Of a DNA stretch of 64,000 nucleotides, positions 61,654 to 64,000 are shown in pieces; position 1 is the stretch's first letter; every line of letters begins with the position of its first letter. Below the pieces are notes generated by a model. The model saw nothing but the letters and a program-made list of their open reading frames with translations, searched no databases and was not told where the DNA came from. A program made the position numbers and the translations under genes. The stretch spans positions 12,688 through 76,687 of the forward strand of contig NZ_JACHID010000010.1 of NCBI RefSeq assembly GCF_014203025.1. The letters run 5' to 3'. This DNA is from Desulfurispira natronophila. Its GTDB lineage: Bacteria > Chrysiogenota > Chrysiogenetes > Chrysiogenales > Chrysiogenaceae.

Positions 61654-62663
61654 TGGCTGCCATTCCCTACGATATGCTCACAGGCTATCAGAAGAGTGCT
61701 GTGCTGCTTATAGCTCTGGGCGAAGATCTGAGCTCTAACGTGCTGGAGCACCTTGACGACGACGAGGTAGGTGAGATCTCCAAGGAAATCGTGCTGATGC
61801 GCGATATCGAACGGGATACAGTGGATCAGGTCCTCGACGAGTTTCACCATATGGCTTTGGCCAAGGGCTACCTTACCAAAGGTGGCCTGGAGTATGCCAA
61901 GTCCATCCTCAACAAATCCCTGGGGCCGGAAAAGGCCCGCAAGATTATCGACCGCCTGACCCGTGCCCTGGAGCAGTCCAGCGGCTTTTCCTTTTTGCAG
62001 AAAGTTCACGCGCCCCAGTTGGCCAAGTTTATTCAGAACGAGCACCCCCAGACCATATCCCTGATTATGGCGCATTTGGATCCCTCCCAGGCAGCGGAGT
62101 GCCTGGCAGCCCTTCCGGAAGATTTGCAGCCGGAAGTGGCTATCCGCATGGCCAACCTGGATGAGATATCACCGGAAGTGGTGAAGAAGATTTCCGCTGT
62201 GTTGGAGGAGAAACTGGATGCCTTTACCTCTTACCAGGTGGAAATCGGCGGGGTGCGCTCTGTGGCGGAGCTCTTTAACCGTATGGACCGAACTGCCGGC
62301 AAGGCTACCCTGGAAAAACTGGAAAAACTGGCACCAGAGTTGGCTGCTCAGATTCGCGATATGATGTTCGTTTTCGACGATATTCGCATGCTGGGAGATA
62401 CTGCCATTACCGAAATCCTCAAGCGGGTAGACAAGAAAGTTCTTACTATTGCCCTCAAGGGCACTGATGAGGATATTCAGGGCAAGTTTTTCAGCAACAT
62501 GTCCCGCCGTGCCTCCGATACCTTGCGGGAGGAGATGGAGTTTCTCGGTCCTCTCAAAGTACGGGATGTGGAAAAGGCCCAGCAGGAAGTCATCGAAATT
62601 GTCCGGGCCCTGGAGGAAGAAGGTATTATTACCATCGGTGAGCAGGAAGAGTTGATACAGTAG
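61653..62663 (+). CDS. fliG: Flagellar motor switch protein FliG
   Basis: 336 aa; ...MMFVFDDIRML..., C-terminal torque-helix region EEMEFLGPLKVRDVEKAQQEVI. Confidence 0.9.
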   Translation: MAAIPYDMLTGYQKSAVLLIALGEDLSSNVLEHLDDDEVGEISKEIVLMRDIERDTVDQVLDEFHHMALAKGYLTKGGLEYAKSILNKSLGPEKARKIIDRLTRALEQSSGFSFLQKVHAPQLAKFIQNEHPQTISLIMAHLDPSQAAECLAALPEDLQPEVAIRMANLDEISPEVVKKISAVLEEKLDAFTSYQVEIGGVRSVAELFNRMDRTAGKATLEKLEKLAPELAAQIRDMMFVFDDIRMLGDTAITEILKRVDKKVLTIALKGTDEDIQGKFFSNMSRRASDTLREEMEFLGPLKVRDVEKAQQEVIEIVRALEEEGIITIGEQEELIQ

Positions 62664-62697
62664 TGAGTATGCGAGGGCATCCCGGTGGAGCACCAAC

Positions 62698-63828
62698 ATG
62701 AGAAATGTAATCAAAAAAGACGATCCGGAAGCACAAAAGAGTACAATATACGACTTCAGTTTTGACCAGAATTTTGGTGGTGAAAGAAAAAAAGACGACT
62801 ACGATTTCCCCCACTTTCACTGGCAAAAGGAATACTCCCGTCCCAGCACTTCCAAGGCTGAACGCAAGATCTTCAAGAAAATCGATTTTACCCCTTTGCT
62901 GGACGAAAGCACCTACGGCAGACCTCCTGCCGAAGACCCACCCGAGTCTGCCTATTCCTTTCCCTTTGCGGACGAAGAAGCTTTGCAGGAAATTCGACAG
63001 CTGCTTGATCACGAGCAAACCCTCCACGTGGTCTCGGCTGCTGGCAACGAGATCAAAATTGTGGTTGAGAAATCAGGTGATGCGTCACCGGATTCGCATT
63101 CAACTGATGGCGCTCCTGAGTCCAATGAAGTACCGGCAGAAGCAGTAGACCACGGAAAACTGCAAGAGTTGCAGCAGGAAGAGATCCGCCTGGGTCAGCA
63201 GGTAGAGCAGCGCAAAGAGGAGCTGGAGAAGCTGCAGCAGGAGTTGGAGCAGACCAAAGAGCAGTTGGCACAGGTAAAGGAAGACGAAAAGGCAGCAATG
63301 GAAAAGGCTCGCAGCGAAGCTGATGCCATTCGGGAAGAGGCACGGAAAAGCGGCGAGGAAAAGGGGCGTCAGGAGTTACTGGCTTTAGAGTCGGAAAAAC
63401 TGGACAAGGTCAAAGCCTCGTACCAGCAGACCATTGCCCGCCTGGGCGAAGCGGCCCAAAAATACGAAAAAGCTTATATGGAAGCGGAGCAGAATCTCAT
63501 TGATCTGGCCATCCACGTGGCCAGCAATGTGGTCAATACGGAGCTTAAGACCAACCACCTGGTCATTGTGGGGCAGGTAAAAAAAGCCATCGTGGAGCTG
63601 ATCAATCGTGAGCAGGTTATGGTCAAAGTTTCCCCAGGCGATTACGATGCCCTGATGCAAGCCAGGCAGGACGTTATCCAGTCCATACCCAGCCTCAAGG
63701 TGCTTAATATAGAAAAGGACGAGTCCCTGGACTCCGGCAGTTGTGTGGTGGAGAATGAGTACGGCTCTGTCCACGCCAGTACTCAAAGCAGCATGCGGGA
63801 AATAGAACAAAGCCTGAAGGATACGTGA
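62698..63828 (+). CDS. fliH: Flagellar assembly protein FliH (long charged coiled-coil linker)
   Basis: Position between fliG and fliI; coiled-coil E/K/Q-rich middle; C-terminal FliH domain. Confidence 0.7.
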   Translation: MRNVIKKDDPEAQKSTIYDFSFDQNFGGERKKDDYDFPHFHWQKEYSRPSTSKAERKIFKKIDFTPLLDESTYGRPPAEDPPESAYSFPFADEEALQEIRQLLDHEQTLHVVSAAGNEIKIVVEKSGDASPDSHSTDGAPESNEVPAEAVDHGKLQELQQEEIRLGQQVEQRKEELEKLQQELEQTKEQLAQVKEDEKAAMEKARSEADAIREEARKSGEEKGRQELLALESEKLDKVKASYQQTIARLGEAAQKYEKAYMEAEQNLIDLAIHVASNVVNTELKTNHLVIVGQVKKAIVELINREQVMVKVSPGDYDALMQARQDVIQSIPSLKVLNIEKDESLDSGSCVVENEYGSVHASTQSSMREIEQSLKDT

Positions 63829-63829
63829 T

Positions 63830-64000
63830 ATGCGGATGGATATGGATAAACTGAAGCACCGTGTGGATCACACCCGCACGGTTAAGCTTATTGGCAAAGT
63901 TACCAAGATTATTGGATTGCTGATTGAGTCCCGTGGACCAGCTTCGTCCATTGGTGACCTGTGCCTGATCCATCCCATCAATCCTCGTGAGCCCCTGGTG
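63830..64000 (+). CDS. fliI: Flagellum-specific ATP synthase FliI (5-prime partial; runs off window)
   Basis: MRMDMDKLKHRVDHTRTVKLIGKVTKIIGLLIESRGPASSIGDLC... N-terminal FliI/T3SS ATPase domain. Confidence 0.8.
   Translation, partial: MRMDMDKLKHRVDHTRTVKLIGKVTKIIGLLIESRGPASSIGDLCLIHPINPREPLV

Overview
This 64-kb window is a GC-rich chromosomal segment that reads like a sulfate-reducer-type deltaproteobacterium. The organism call is an inference, drawn from gene content: desulfoferrodoxin, perR-katG, a small 2x[4Fe-4S] ferredoxin, and a sigma54-type promoter ahead of the flagellar rod genes. All calls below come from reading the translated ORFs and the DNA by eye. No searches or computations were run.

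Layout, left to right:
- **Positions 1 to ~12.5 kb:** an accessory, toxin- and helicase-rich island that looks lower in GC by eye. It carries a HipA-like kinase with a fused HTH (YjjJ/HipH-like) and two different Fic toxins, each with a degraded GxxExxY-family gene directly upstream. It also carries a SNF2 helicase with a SWIM finger, lying divergent to a translationally coupled operon of NUDIX hydrolase, a PLD-nuclease/SF2-helicase/DUF3427 protein and two small unknown ORFs. A nucleotidyltransferase (MNT-like) antitoxin follows, with only a 25-codon stump of its HepT partner. I think this island is the best candidate for an undescribed defence-like system.
- **12.6 to 15.7 kb:** an odd three-gene operon with overlapping start/stop codons. 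Gene 1 is a ribulose-phosphate-3-epimerase fold plus a CBS pair. Gene 2 is a Thermotoga-type class I-beta DAHP synthase. Gene 3 fuses a degenerate KdsB-like N-domain to a KdsC-type HAD phosphatase. It has the outline of a Kdo pathway built from non-canonical parts.
- **15.9 to 57 kb:** core genes. They include leuB, perR-katG, lysS, dfx, cobO, mutY, argH, a PAS histidine kinase with its response regulator, a class II DAHP synthase, an SPFH protein, an unannotated small ferredoxin, lpxB and relA/spoT. The conserved rpsB-tsf-pyrH-frr-cdsA-dxr-rseP block is present but lacks uppS. After it come a CYTH/CHAD protein, acyP, a class II aldolase, ispD, a secretin with a fused C-terminal TPR domain, an ABC exporter, a pentapeptide-repeat protein, an alpha/beta hydrolase, a two-HKD PLD protein, an HD-GYP protein and a TetR regulator.
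- **58.5 kb to the end:** flgB-flgC-fliE, a terminator, then fliF-fliG-fliH and the start of fliI.

A family of at least seven ~150-bp MITE-like intergenic repeats is scattered through the window, with terminal inverted repeats of the form caggctgctgaaa ... tttcagcaagctg.

No rRNA, tRNA, CRISPR array, transposase or integrase was recognised.
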